Source of the DNA: Camelus dromedarius
Taxonomy: Eukaryota
Assembly: GCF_036321535.1 (NCBI RefSeq)
Contig: NC_087449.1
Span: 52,452,001-52,516,000, forward strand
Direction of reading: 5' to 3'
DNA length: 64,000 bases
Within the stretch, counting starts at the first letter, position 1. The number at the start of each line of letters is the position of its first letter. The position numbers and the translations under genes are program-made. The notes below the pieces were generated by a model. The model saw only the letters and a program-made list of their open reading frames with translations. It had not been told where the DNA came from and did no database searches. Below, in pieces: positions 22,520 through 32,810 of this stretch.

Positions 22520-23290
22520 TCATCAACTCACTTGGACAAGCTGAAATCTGGCCTCAGCTAATCCATTAGTAAGTCCAGTCAGCCCTCCCTCAAAAATATA
22601 TCCTGATTCTGTCTCTATCCCACCTTGCTGGGTGAAGTATGGTGCTGTTAGTACTCCAGTCTAAACTGGAACATTATCTCTTGCTTGGACAGCTACTCCT
22701 AGGGCTTCCTCACTGGTCTCCTTACCTCCTTTTTTGTTGCTTTGGGGTCCCTCATCCACTCAGCATCCAGAGCAATTGTTCTTAAGGATAAGCCAGTCTT
22801 GTTACTCTCTTGCTTAAAATTAGCCCCTGGAGGATGGCCATTGCATTCAGGATAAATTCCAAACTCCCAAACATGGCCTCAAGGGTGCAACACCATCAGG
22901 GACCTGCCCACCTCTCCAGCCTCACCTTGTCCTACAGTCCCCTTCCCTCACCAAGCTCCCTCCTCACTGGCTGCTTTCACTTCCTCAAATGCCCTCTCCT
23001 AGTTCCTGGGCCTTCTCCAGCAACTTCTTTTCACTTATCAGGTCTCCACTCAAATGCCACTTCCTCTGCGAGGCCTTTACTAATGCTGCTATACAGATTA
23101 AGTCTTCAGCGCCATGATTCTTGCTTTCACAGTAACTTGTGCTCATCCTAATTATTTATAACAGCTGAAATATACAATTAAGAAATCTTGGTTTTATAGC
23201 CATCTCCTCACTTGGCTGATTCATTCGAGCATTTGATTCAGAGCCTCAAATGTTGTAGAAACTCGATAAATACTTGGGGACTGAATAAAT
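22520..23290 (-). repeat. L2 LINE fragments
   Basis: ttcaggataaattccaaactcc...ctccactcaaatgccacttcctctg...gttgtagaaactcgataaatacttg pattern. Confidence 0.55.
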
Positions 23291-23720
23291 GCTCTTTGCC
23301 TGATACAATTGATTCTCATTATATAACTTATCAATAAATATTGGTAAAATTTATTGATTTCTTATTAAGTGCCCAGTACTGTACCAAACATCATTTGACT
23401 TAACATAATGCTCCTGTGTTATTATCTTCATTTAGGGGATGAAAAAACAGGGGCAGAGAAATGAATTCATGTGCCCAAAGCCGCACAGCTGAAAGGTGCA
23501 GAGCCAGGATTCAAACCCACGCAGCCTGACTCCAGAGCCCACACACTTACCCACTTCATGTTAGAGCTCTGCCTCCCTGAATTGGCATTCTGATTTTATA
23601 AATCAGATCCAGGTGCTTATTTGATGTGATTTCCCACTGAGAGAGCAAGGCCTGATCTTGAACACTGGTAAATTCACTGAAATAATTAATGTTGCCCAGG
23701 AAGCCCTCTTGGTAATCAGT

Positions 23721-23738
23721 CAGCACCCCCTAGTGACC
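23721..23738 (-). promoter_or_regulatory. Candidate CTCF site
   Basis: Reverse strand reads GGTCACTAGGGGGTGCTG, close to the CTCF core. Confidence 0.5.
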
Positions 23739-25223
23739 TCTGACCTCAACTACATTTGAACACCACCAACAGCAGGTAGGTGGATGATTACACTACCATA
23801 TGCTAAGCACTCTGTTAAGGGTGTGGACAAGAAGACCTGGGAACTCAGGGAGGGAACAATTTATTCTTACAAAGAGGTGCAGAAGGAAAAACCATGAAGT
23901 CTGTGCTAGTCCATTAAGAGTGGCCAGGAGCTTACCAAGCAGACAGGGTGAGAGAGAGACATTCCAGGCACGGGGAATATCATGGGAAAAAGCTTGGAGG
24001 CACAAAGTTGCATGACATGTTCAGGCGCCTAATGCTGGCTCTCTGTCTCCCAGTTCCAATCCTAAAACCAAGCCCTCTGCCCCCCAGGACCTTCCAGCTG
24101 TCTCCTCAAGTAGCCAGAAGTCTCTGTACAGAACAAGAGATATATGTGCACCTGGCTGTAGATTGCAAGGCATTTTCACATATGTTGCCTTACAAGGTGC
24201 TCTTTAATTTACAGATAATGCCCAGCCCAGCCCAGTGCCTGACCCGAGGTAGTAGGTGCTCAGTGTTATAATTCTTAGTATGATGATGGTTGTTGTCCCT
24301 GCTTGGATAATAACACCTTCGTCCCATTGTCACATGAGGATTAACTGAGATAACTGTTGTGAAGGTGCTTTGTAAACCATGAGGGCAGTACAGATAGGAG
24401 AGTATAGTCACAAACTTTTCCTCCCAGAAGCCTTCAAAATCCCAGCTGCTCAGCCCCACTGCTGCACTTGAGCATTCCTGCCACAGTGATGTGGCATCCT
24501 GGCTCCCCTGTAAGAGCCACTGAGAGCGGTGCTATCTCTGCCTCCTCAGAATGCGGGCTCCTCAGGGCTGGTCTGGGTCTCCCCAACACACTGAAGTCTC
24601 CCAAGAGCTAGATTATCTCCTCTATCAGACTACGGTCCCTGATGGATGACCTGTGTCACCCCAGTTAGATCTCGAGTTCCCAAGGGCACACCTGTGTCTC
24701 CCCCTTGAGACTGGGGACTCTTGAGGGTTGACCTGTGTCTCCCACTTCAGATTGAGGGCAGGGCCTGGGCAGAGAGCAGCTAATGGACCATCTTCCCCCA
24801 CAGAAGCCTCTGAGCAAATGGCCACAGTCAGACTCTGGGCCTGGAGATTCCAGCTGAGGCCATTCCTAACCCTCCAGGGCCTCCACCACTGGCACCCTGG
24901 CCTTAAGGCCACACATGGGGCTCAGAAAACATCGCTCCCACAGTGCAAACAAATGCAAGACTGAAAACCTAGGGGCCCAGCTTCCAGCCACACTTTACCG
25001 TGATCCCTGCTGAGGGGTCTCCTCCCTCCTCAACCTCCTCTCCCTCCCTTAGAAAAAGCGGGTGAAAGCAACAACAATAACCATGACAACTGCCCTCCTT
25101 TATGGAGCACTTGCTGTGCCCTCACAAACACCTCATTTGAGCCTCACAAATTTCTAGGAAAGACAGTAGCAGATTTGCTGTAAAGCAAATGAAGCTTGAA
25201 TTTCAGAGCCCCAGCAATGTCTT

Positions 25224-25345
25224 TTGTGGGGGGAGGGGGTTGTTAATTAGGGTTTTTTTTTTTTAATGGAGCTACTGGGGATTGAACCCAGGACCTCGTG
25301 CATGCTGAGCATACACTCTACCACTGAGCTATACCCACCACCCAC
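25224..25345 (-). mobile_element. tRNA-Ala-derived SINE (Vic-1-like)
   Basis: Reverse strand gtatagctcagtggtagagtgtatgctcagcatgcacgaggtcctgggttcaatcccc; 15-bp TSD ccccagcaatgtctt at 25209-25223 and 25346-25360. Confidence 0.88.
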
Positions 25346-26254
25346 CCCCAGCAATGTCTTCTTAAAGAAATTTTAAACTTGCAAAAATAAAAATTTAAAA
25401 CTACAGCTGGTGAAGATGACTGTTTCTTCCTACTCTATCCTTCCCAATATGAATTTTTCCCAGGATACCAGGAAGGATTTGGGTGGCGGAGGAGAAACAA
25501 GGATCTGTGTGGGGCAAGAAGCAAGTCTGTGAAGAATTCTTTCAGTCACTCCTCACTAAACTCATTTCATATTGACACCAACTCAAAAAAGGAAGTTCTC
25601 TCCTATAATAGGCAGCACAAGCAATTATAAATATTCCATGCATATTTTTCTTTTTCAATAGGAATTACAAAGTAGAATTTATCAGAACTCCTATTACAAA
25701 CCTACAAGCCATACTACAAGTAGCAAATACATCTATGTGTGAAAGTCATGTTTTATGTCTCCTTACTATCAACAGTAAAACTTTAAAAAAAATCAACCCC
25801 ACAAGAGGAAAGACAGAATCATCTCCCCATTCTCACTGTAGATATTTATTTTTAAAAATCATGCACCAGGGGAGGGAAGGCGCCACTGTGGCTTTAGCAG
25901 GGGGAGGAGGGTGTCCGTGTGGAGCAGTGACCTGGCATGGGGCGACAGGCCCAGCAGGGGGGAGGGGGCAGCCTGACACCAGGTATCAGAGCCCAAGTAG
26001 GGAGAAGAGGGCATCTGACAGCAGAGAGGTTGGTGGTGGAGATGGCAGATTGGTTACAAATGGAGGCCTGATTCACTAAGTAAATAAATTAAGAATAATG
26101 AAAGCCAGATTTCTCAGTGTCAGAGAAGGGAGACATAATATAGAAAGGGTGACAACTAGAGTGAACCCTGTTGTAGTGGATTATAATAGCAGGTAATAGT
26201 ATAATAGTATGAATTCATGTTTTTCAGTATCTATAAATAAATACAGAAATAAAT

Positions 26255-26280
26255 GTGTGTGTGTGTGTGTGTGTGTGTGT
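26255..26280. repeat. (TG)n microsatellite
   Basis: Direct reading. Confidence 0.9.
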
Positions 26281-28646
26281 ACATCCCTTAGCTCTGGGAG
26301 GGCCTAAGTGCAGTGACACCCTATAGCAATGAGTAGATCATGGTTTCTAAGTATGATTCTGGTGCCCAGATCATGGTTTTTAAATACTACCCACCACTGA
26401 AGATTAAATCAGAGCTTCTAGTAGTACTGGTTGATTGCAGGGGCTGGAAAAGTGGTATCTTCATATACCAGGAAACAAAGGATGTTCAAAGAGTGATGGG
26501 GCATGTCAAAAGGACAGAGACCCCAGCTTGAAGGGGCTCCCATTGGCCAAGTCTATAACAATCTGAGTATATAATAATAAAATAATAATAATAATAGAAA
26601 AAGATTACTAGCCACTGAATAAAATAGAAGACCTTGAATTCATACCTACGTACACACACAAATAGATTCAAAGTATGAGGAAGAATGTCTATATAGCTTC
26701 AGAAATACTGATTCATTACAAAGGGAAAAAGAGTAATTGATACATAGAGAAGTCTGGCAGAAATCCCCTTAGTCAAATGACCAAAGTGAACCTTGGGACA
26801 AACGGAATTGTGTGCTCCCTGACATGTCAGGGTGTATCAAGAACACAGCATCACTTCCTTGATAGTCCTGCTAAAAATACATAACCTGAGTCTAACCACA
26901 CGGAAGCCTCAGACGAGCCCATGTGACAAAATAACAGCTCTTCAAAAGAAGGTTGTGAAAGGCAAGGAAAGACTGAGGATAGTTTTCCTGTCCTGTAAGG
27001 GCTAAAGTGACATGGCAAAGAAATGCAATGTGCGATTTTGGACTGAGCTCTTTCACTATGATTTCACAGGAGCATCGGTGAAACTTAAAGGGGGAAATCT
27101 AAGAGATTAGATGTTAATTTCCTGAAGTCCTTCAGTGAGATTAAGTGTTAATTTCCTGGTTTTGTTGAATGGTAATTTCCTGACGTAGGTAGATGTAGGT
27201 TATGTAGAATGTTCTTGTTTGTAGAAATTACACACTGAAGTATTTGGGGGTGATGGGACTCGGGTTGGCAATTTACTTTCAAATGGTTCAAGGTTAAAAA
27301 AAAAAAGTTCCCTGTCCTGTACTTGCAGACTTTCTGTGTTTGTGATGGTTTCAAAATAAATATCATTGACACATGAAGAGGCAAGCAAAGAGTGCGCAGT
27401 TAAAATATGTAGGCAAATATTGTCAAGCAATTGATCAGTAAAAGTACTTTGTTATTCTTCTGGGTCCATGATGTCTGTGTTTTCTGTCAGCTTATTTTAG
27501 TTTGTAATTTGTAGTGACTTGTTTTCTGATTTATTGAATATTCACGTCACACCTGATTTTCTATTCTTAAAGAAGGCCCTATAAGCTTCAGGCCCCATAA
27601 AACAAATATTCACGAGTGGCCTTTCTTACTACCCCTTTAAAGATGGGGAAACTGAGGCACAGAAATATAAAGTCGCTTGCCCAAGGTCGCTCGGCTAAGT
27701 GATGAAGCAGGATTTGGACCCAGCCACTCTGACTCTAGAGTTTCCTTCCAGGGATACTGTGGCTACAGTAAGAGAAAAGAATATTAAAGGAACTATATGT
27801 ATGTTAAGATTAAGATTAGTATGTGATTGTAATCATATGAAAGATGCATGCCTGTCTGCTGGGTCCTGTTTGTCTTAGGTTCTCAGATAGAGGGAAGGGG
27901 GAGCAAAGTCCTCTTACTGTATGCCAGAAACTGCTTGGAATTTGACATCTAGGACCTCACTTTGTCCTCACAGCAGCCCTGGAGGCAGGCATTGTCCCAG
28001 ACGAAGTTTCTGAGGCCTATAGAGATTTGGGGTTCAGCCCACAGTCACACAACTGGAAAGTGATAGAGCCAGGAGCCAAGGCCAGGGATGGCGATAGCTA
28101 CCCAACAGTGTGTTAGCAAAAGGCTTGCCAGGCAGGGCTTGCCAAGGTCCACAGACACGACACAGCCAAGAACCTTCCCACCAACTCTCACAACCCATGC
28201 CCCAGCACCTGACACAGATGACCAGGACAGAGGAGCCTTGCGGCTGGCAGCAAAGCAACATTTCTGCCCAGATCATAAGTGGGCAACATCTGCAAACCAA
28301 GCAGCAGCGAAGTCGGGGCCCGGGTGGTCACCGGCTCTGGGAAACCTAGACCACTCAGCTCTGGTTGCACAATTTGGCCAATGCATGCAGGGGAAGAAGG
28401 AAGAACTTTGGAGTCAGACTGATAAGGGTTCTGTCTCTTCTTAGTGGTGTGAGCTTGGGCAAGTCACTTCACCTCTTTGAGTCTCAAAAAATACAAATCT
28501 TGTCTTATAGGGAAACTCCGAATATTAGCTTGGGCAGTGCCTGGCACAGAGTAGGTGCTCGTATTTCATTATCATTCTGCGAGGGCTTAATAGCAGATAG
28601 GGCCTTTCAAGAGCCCCAGGAACCTGGGCTGAGGAGAAAGAGTTCT

Positions 28647-28814
28647 CTTTTTTGTTTTGTTTGTTTTTTACTTATTTATTTAGGAGGGGGGAAGTAATTA
28701 GGTTTATTTGTTTATTTATTTTTGGAGGAGGTACTGGGAGTTGAACCCAGGACCTTGTGCATGCTAAGCATGCACTCTACCACTTGAGCTATACCCTCCC
28801 CTCTGCCACCCGAT
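28647..28814 (-). mobile_element. tRNA-Ala-derived SINE (Vic-1-like) upstream of NR0B2
   Basis: Same core; 10-bp TSD aaagagttct at 28637-28646 and 28815-28824. Confidence 0.88.
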
Positions 28815-28969
28815 AAAGAGTTCTTAAGGACCTTATTTGTGCAGGGCCCCCCAGAACCAGAGTCAGGGGAAGGGGGTCTCTGAGACTATACAATGGGCAA
28901 AGTCCTCCCAGCTCCCCAGGGTCTTGGCTTCCTTCCCTGCAGCCTGTTCCTTGCCGACAACAGGAGCAG

Positions 28970-29420
28970 GGCCCCAAGGTTAGGCAAACAAGCGAGCGAT
29001 AAGGCGCTTCCAGGTTGGGCCTTGCGTTCAAGGCTTGTCCAGCTCTGGGGCTGGCCTCCCAGCTGAGTGAGACTCCTGCAGGCACCAATAGGGATACCTG
29101 CCATGACCACCTGCTGATTGTGCACCTGAGGCCTTGGTGCCCTGGTACAGCCTGGGTTAATGACCCTGTTTATCCACTTGAGTCATCCGATAAGGGGCAG
29201 CCAGTCCAGCAGGCAGGCGGCCCTGTGCCCTGCACCCTCTGCTTCATTGACTGAAGTGATATCAGGGCCACGTGGAGCTCCCAAGGCCCCCTCCCTCGCC
29301 ACTTCCCCACCAGTCCTGCCAGGGTCAGTGTGTGTTTCTTTTTTTTCAATGAACATGACTTCTGGAGTCAAGGTTGTTGGGCCGTTCCCTCCTTCCTCCC
29401 CCATTTGGGGATATAAATAG
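28970..29420 (+). promoter_or_regulatory. NR0B2: NR0B2 proximal promoter: FXR IR-1, LRH-1/SF-1 sites, AP-1, E-box, TATA
   Basis: GGGTTAaTGACCC 29154-29166; TCAAGGTTG 29368-29376, TCAAGGCTT 29028-29036, CCAAGGCCT(-) 29129-29137, CCAAGGTTA 28974-28982; TGAGTCA 29179-29185; CACGTG 29269-29274; TATAAATA 29412-29419. Confidence 0.88.
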
Positions 29421-29481
29421 CACCCACAGCACAGGGCAGAGGGTGGGAGAGCTGGGAGAAAGGAGAAGCAGATCGTCAACC

Positions 29482-31388
29482 ATGAGCTCCAGCCAGCCAG
29501 GGACCTGCCCGTGCCAAGGGGCTGCAGGCCGCCCAACGATTCTGTATGCACTTCTGAGCCCCAGCCTCAGGGACCAGCCCTCCATGCCCCCAGCCCGTAG
29601 CCGCTGCCTGTGCAGGCAGCACCGGCCTGTCCAGCTGTGTGCTCCCCATCGCACCTGCCGGGAGGCCTTGGATGTTCTGGCCAAGACGTTGGCCTTCCTC
29701 AGGAACCTGCCATCCTTCTGCCAGCTGCTCCCCCAGGATCGGCGGCAGCTGCTGCAGGGCTGTTGGGGCCCCCTCTTTCTTCTTGGGTTGGCCCAAGACA
29801 CTGTGACCTTCGAAGTGGCCGAGGTCCCAGTTCCCAGCATACTCAAGAAGATCCTGCTGGAGGAGTCCAGCAGCGGTGAAGGCAGTGGCCAGCTGCCTGA
29901 TCGGCCCCAGCCCTCGCTGGCTGCAGTGCAGTGGCTTCAGTGCTGCCTGGAGTCCTTCTGGAGTCTGGAGCTGGGCCCCAAGGAATATGCCTACCTGAAA
30001 GGAACCATCCTCTTCAATCCTGGTGAGCTCCTAGACACTCCTGGATGGGGGCCAAGGCTAGAGAGGGGCAGGGTCCAGCCAGGGAAGGCACTTTCTAAGG
30101 GCTTGGCATCCGTTAGCTCTTTGGGTCCTCATTATCACCACATAGTCATCTCACAAAAAGAGGCTCAGAGAGGCTAAGTGACTTGCTGAAAGTCACACAG
30201 CCAGGTAGGGGCAAAGCAAGGATGTCAGAGACTAGCCCTTGTCACTCTACTCAAGAAACTTGCCCTGACACTCAGGAAAGCTGGGAGTGGGGGAGGAGAG
30301 GGTGGGCAGACACAGCTGTGTCTCAGTCATGTCTTCATCAGTGGACCACATGGTGAAGTTCTTTTTTTTTTTTTTTTAGTTTTTTATTTATTATTGTATT
30401 ATTTAGTTACTCTATTTTGGCAGATCAGGGGAGGTAATTAGGTTTATTAATTTTTAGAGTAGGGATTTGAACCCAGGACCTCGTTCATGCTAAGCACATG
30501 CTCTACCACTTGAGCTATACCCTCCCCTCGCATGGTGAAGTTCTGAAGGTGAAACTCCATGGGTTCAGAAAGACCACATAGAGAAGAGGAGTGAAAATGT
30601 GGAGTGTGGGGAAGGAGAGGGAGGAGTCTCCGTAAACTTCAGCCAGAAGAGCCACAGATAATCTAGAGAACATCTAGGTGAGAATTCCTCACCAAAAGGC
30701 CCTCATGGAATGCATTATTACAGTAATTAATTATAATAATAGTACTGAATACTCATATTACATTTACCATATGTTAGGTCCAATTCTAAGGGTTTTACAT
30801 ATACTAGCTCATTTAAACCTTGTAACAAGCCTAGGAGATAGGAACTGTAACTTATCCCCATTTTACAAATGAGTAAGCTGAGGTATAGAGATTAACTAAC
30901 TTGCCCAAGGTCACACTGCTAATAAGCGACAGTGTGGGATTCAAACGCAGACAACCCATCCATAACCATTGCTCTGTACTGCCTCTCCATAAATGGATGG
31001 ATAAGTAAAGTGGTAAATAAATAAATAGAGGAGGTGGTAATGGGGCCGCAGGGCTGAGCTGGTGGCCTCAGGTCTTGAACCAGTCTCACCCTGGGGTGTC
31101 TCAGAGCAGAGTGCTCACCAGCCCTCTTTGCCTTCTCTGCCCACAGACGTGCCAGGCCTCCACGCCTCCTCCCACATTGGACACCTGCAGCAGGAGGCTC
31201 ACCAGGCGCTGTGGGAGGTCCTGGAGCCATGGTGCCCAGCAGGCCAAAGCCGCTTGGCTCGTGTCCTTCTCACGGCCTCCACCCTCAAGTCCATTCCACC
31301 CAGCCTGCTTGGGGATCTCTTCTTTCGCCCTGTCATTGGAGATGTTGACATCGCTGGCCTCCTCGAGGACATGCTTTTGCTGGGCTGA
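29482..31388 (+). CDS. NR0B2: Small heterodimer partner (SHP), atypical nuclear receptor lacking a DBD, 260 aa; exons 29482-30022, 31147-31388
   Basis: [26 protein letters not shown]...ILKKILLEE...KGTILFNP|[18 protein letters not shown]...LLEDMLLLG*; NR boxes and LBD signature; 541+242=783 nt. Confidence 0.97.
30363..30530 (-). mobile_element. tRNA-Ala-derived SINE (Vic-1-like) in the NR0B2 intron
   Basis: Same core; 14-bp TSD catggtgaagttct at 30349-30362 and 30531-30544. Confidence 0.88.
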
Positions 31389-31762
31389 CCTGCTCCAGCC
31401 CAAGCAGAGATCAGGTGTAGGCTGGGCAGAGGCTGGCGGCACTGATTCATGGCCTGGCTGTCCCCCGGGGTGAGCCACTGCTCCCAAAGGGGCAAGCCTG
31501 GGCAGACAGCACTCGGCGCCCCAGGAGCAGCTGGTCCTGGCCCAGCCAGATGAGCTATGGGGCTCTCATTCAGCCATGCCCCATCTTGGCCTTCCTTGGT
31601 TTGGACCAGTACTTTAGCTGTCTGCCCAGCCCTTGGCGATCCCAGAGCCTCTGGGCCAAGGCTCCTGTCCCCTCCTGGGACAGAGTTGGAAGTTTCAACT
31701 GCTCATTGGACCAGGAGTCCTACTGACTTTGCACAGAACTGACTTAAGTTATTGACTTTTGT

Positions 31763-31768
31763 AATAAA
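31763..31768 (+). terminator. NR0B2: NR0B2 polyadenylation signal AATAAA
   Basis: Canonical hexamer 375 nt after the stop, followed by GT-rich sequence. Confidence 0.75.
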
Positions 31769-32299
31769 AGGTGTGACTCCCTTGGAGCCTGACACTGTAG
31801 TCTGTGCATGTGGAAGGGACCGTCTCACCTCCAGGGCCACCCTGCCCCTATCAGAGGGAGCCCAGGAGGAAGGAACCATAAGGGGTACAGAAGCCAGACC
31901 TCAGGAAACTAGAACTTTAATTTTTCACAGTGGGATGATGATTTCATTTCTGGGGATGAGATTTATTTTGCATGGGTCTGAATCCAGGGGACAGCATCAG
32001 GTCAGGACCCCCTCAAGTCCCTGCCTTTATCTTAGAGGGAAGGGGTTATCTCTTCCTGTCCCCAAATCCTCTACTGACCCCTCTCTCAGCTCCTGCCCCA
32101 GGCTCCCTCTCACCTCAGTGAGAATCATAGCACAGCCAACAAGGAAAATGAAGCAGCCCATTCCCAAACTGAAACAGACAGGTCACTGGAATTTCTGCGG
32201 TTTGGGATCATTCACTTTCCCCAGTCTTTTCAGCAGACAGAAGACGGTGGTCCATTGTTCTCCCAATGGGAGGGGGCAAGGGCACTCAGGGCTGGCCTC

Positions 32300-32810
32300 G
32301 CAACTGCTTGGAGGCCAAGGCCAAGGCCGGCCATGGCTCAGCTGCCACCCCAGCTGTTAAGGTCTGAGACACTTCCATGGCAGTTGGATCACAGCCACTC
32401 TGGAGCCCCGTGTATTTCCTTCTACTGCCGCTCTGTGCCGGCCCTTCTCCTGGAATCCATCCCTGCGTCCAGCAACTAGAGAGGCAATGCTTGGCACAGC
32501 CATGGCCTCCAGGGCTGCTCCATTCAGTGTGTGGCTTGTGTCTGCTCTGATTGGTCAATGTCTGTGCCTCACTGTTTGTTAAACATTTTGAATATCATCC
32601 GGGTCAGGGTCACTAACCTGCAGGGTGGGCAGAAGGGAACGATAACAACACACATGCCTATAGGACCCCCTTTCAGGCCTCCTCCTTTCTCTAGCAATGA
32701 GGCCTGCCCCAAGCAGGCCCGACCCCACCACCACCACCACCACAGTCTGGATTCTTCTCACGGGGGGGGCCAAGTTAATGATTACTCAACAAGAGGTCAT
32801 TCACTCAGGG
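32300..32810. promoter_or_regulatory. Putative NR0B2 3' enterohepatic enhancer (FXR IR-1, HNF1, FOXA, LRH-1)
   Basis: GGGTCA-GGGTCAcTAACCT 32601-32619; GTTAATGATTACT 32774-32786; tgtttgttaaaca ~32573-32585; tandem CCAAGGCC 32315-32329. Confidence 0.65.

Larger units (their letters stand above)
25165..27605. mobile_element. hAT-Tip100 (Zaphod/Arthur-like) DNA transposon relic interrupted by a SINE and an L1MC fragment (~26070-27420)
   Basis: Ends gcaaatgaagcttgaatttcagagcccc and ataagcttcaggccccataaaac; degenerate transposase C-terminus EERQNHLPILTV (~25805-25840). Confidence 0.5.

Noticed and set aside
31752-32360. 202-aa ORF downstream of NR0B2
   Set aside because: GTG start overlapping the poly(A) signal, no recognisable domain, runs through enhancer-like sequence
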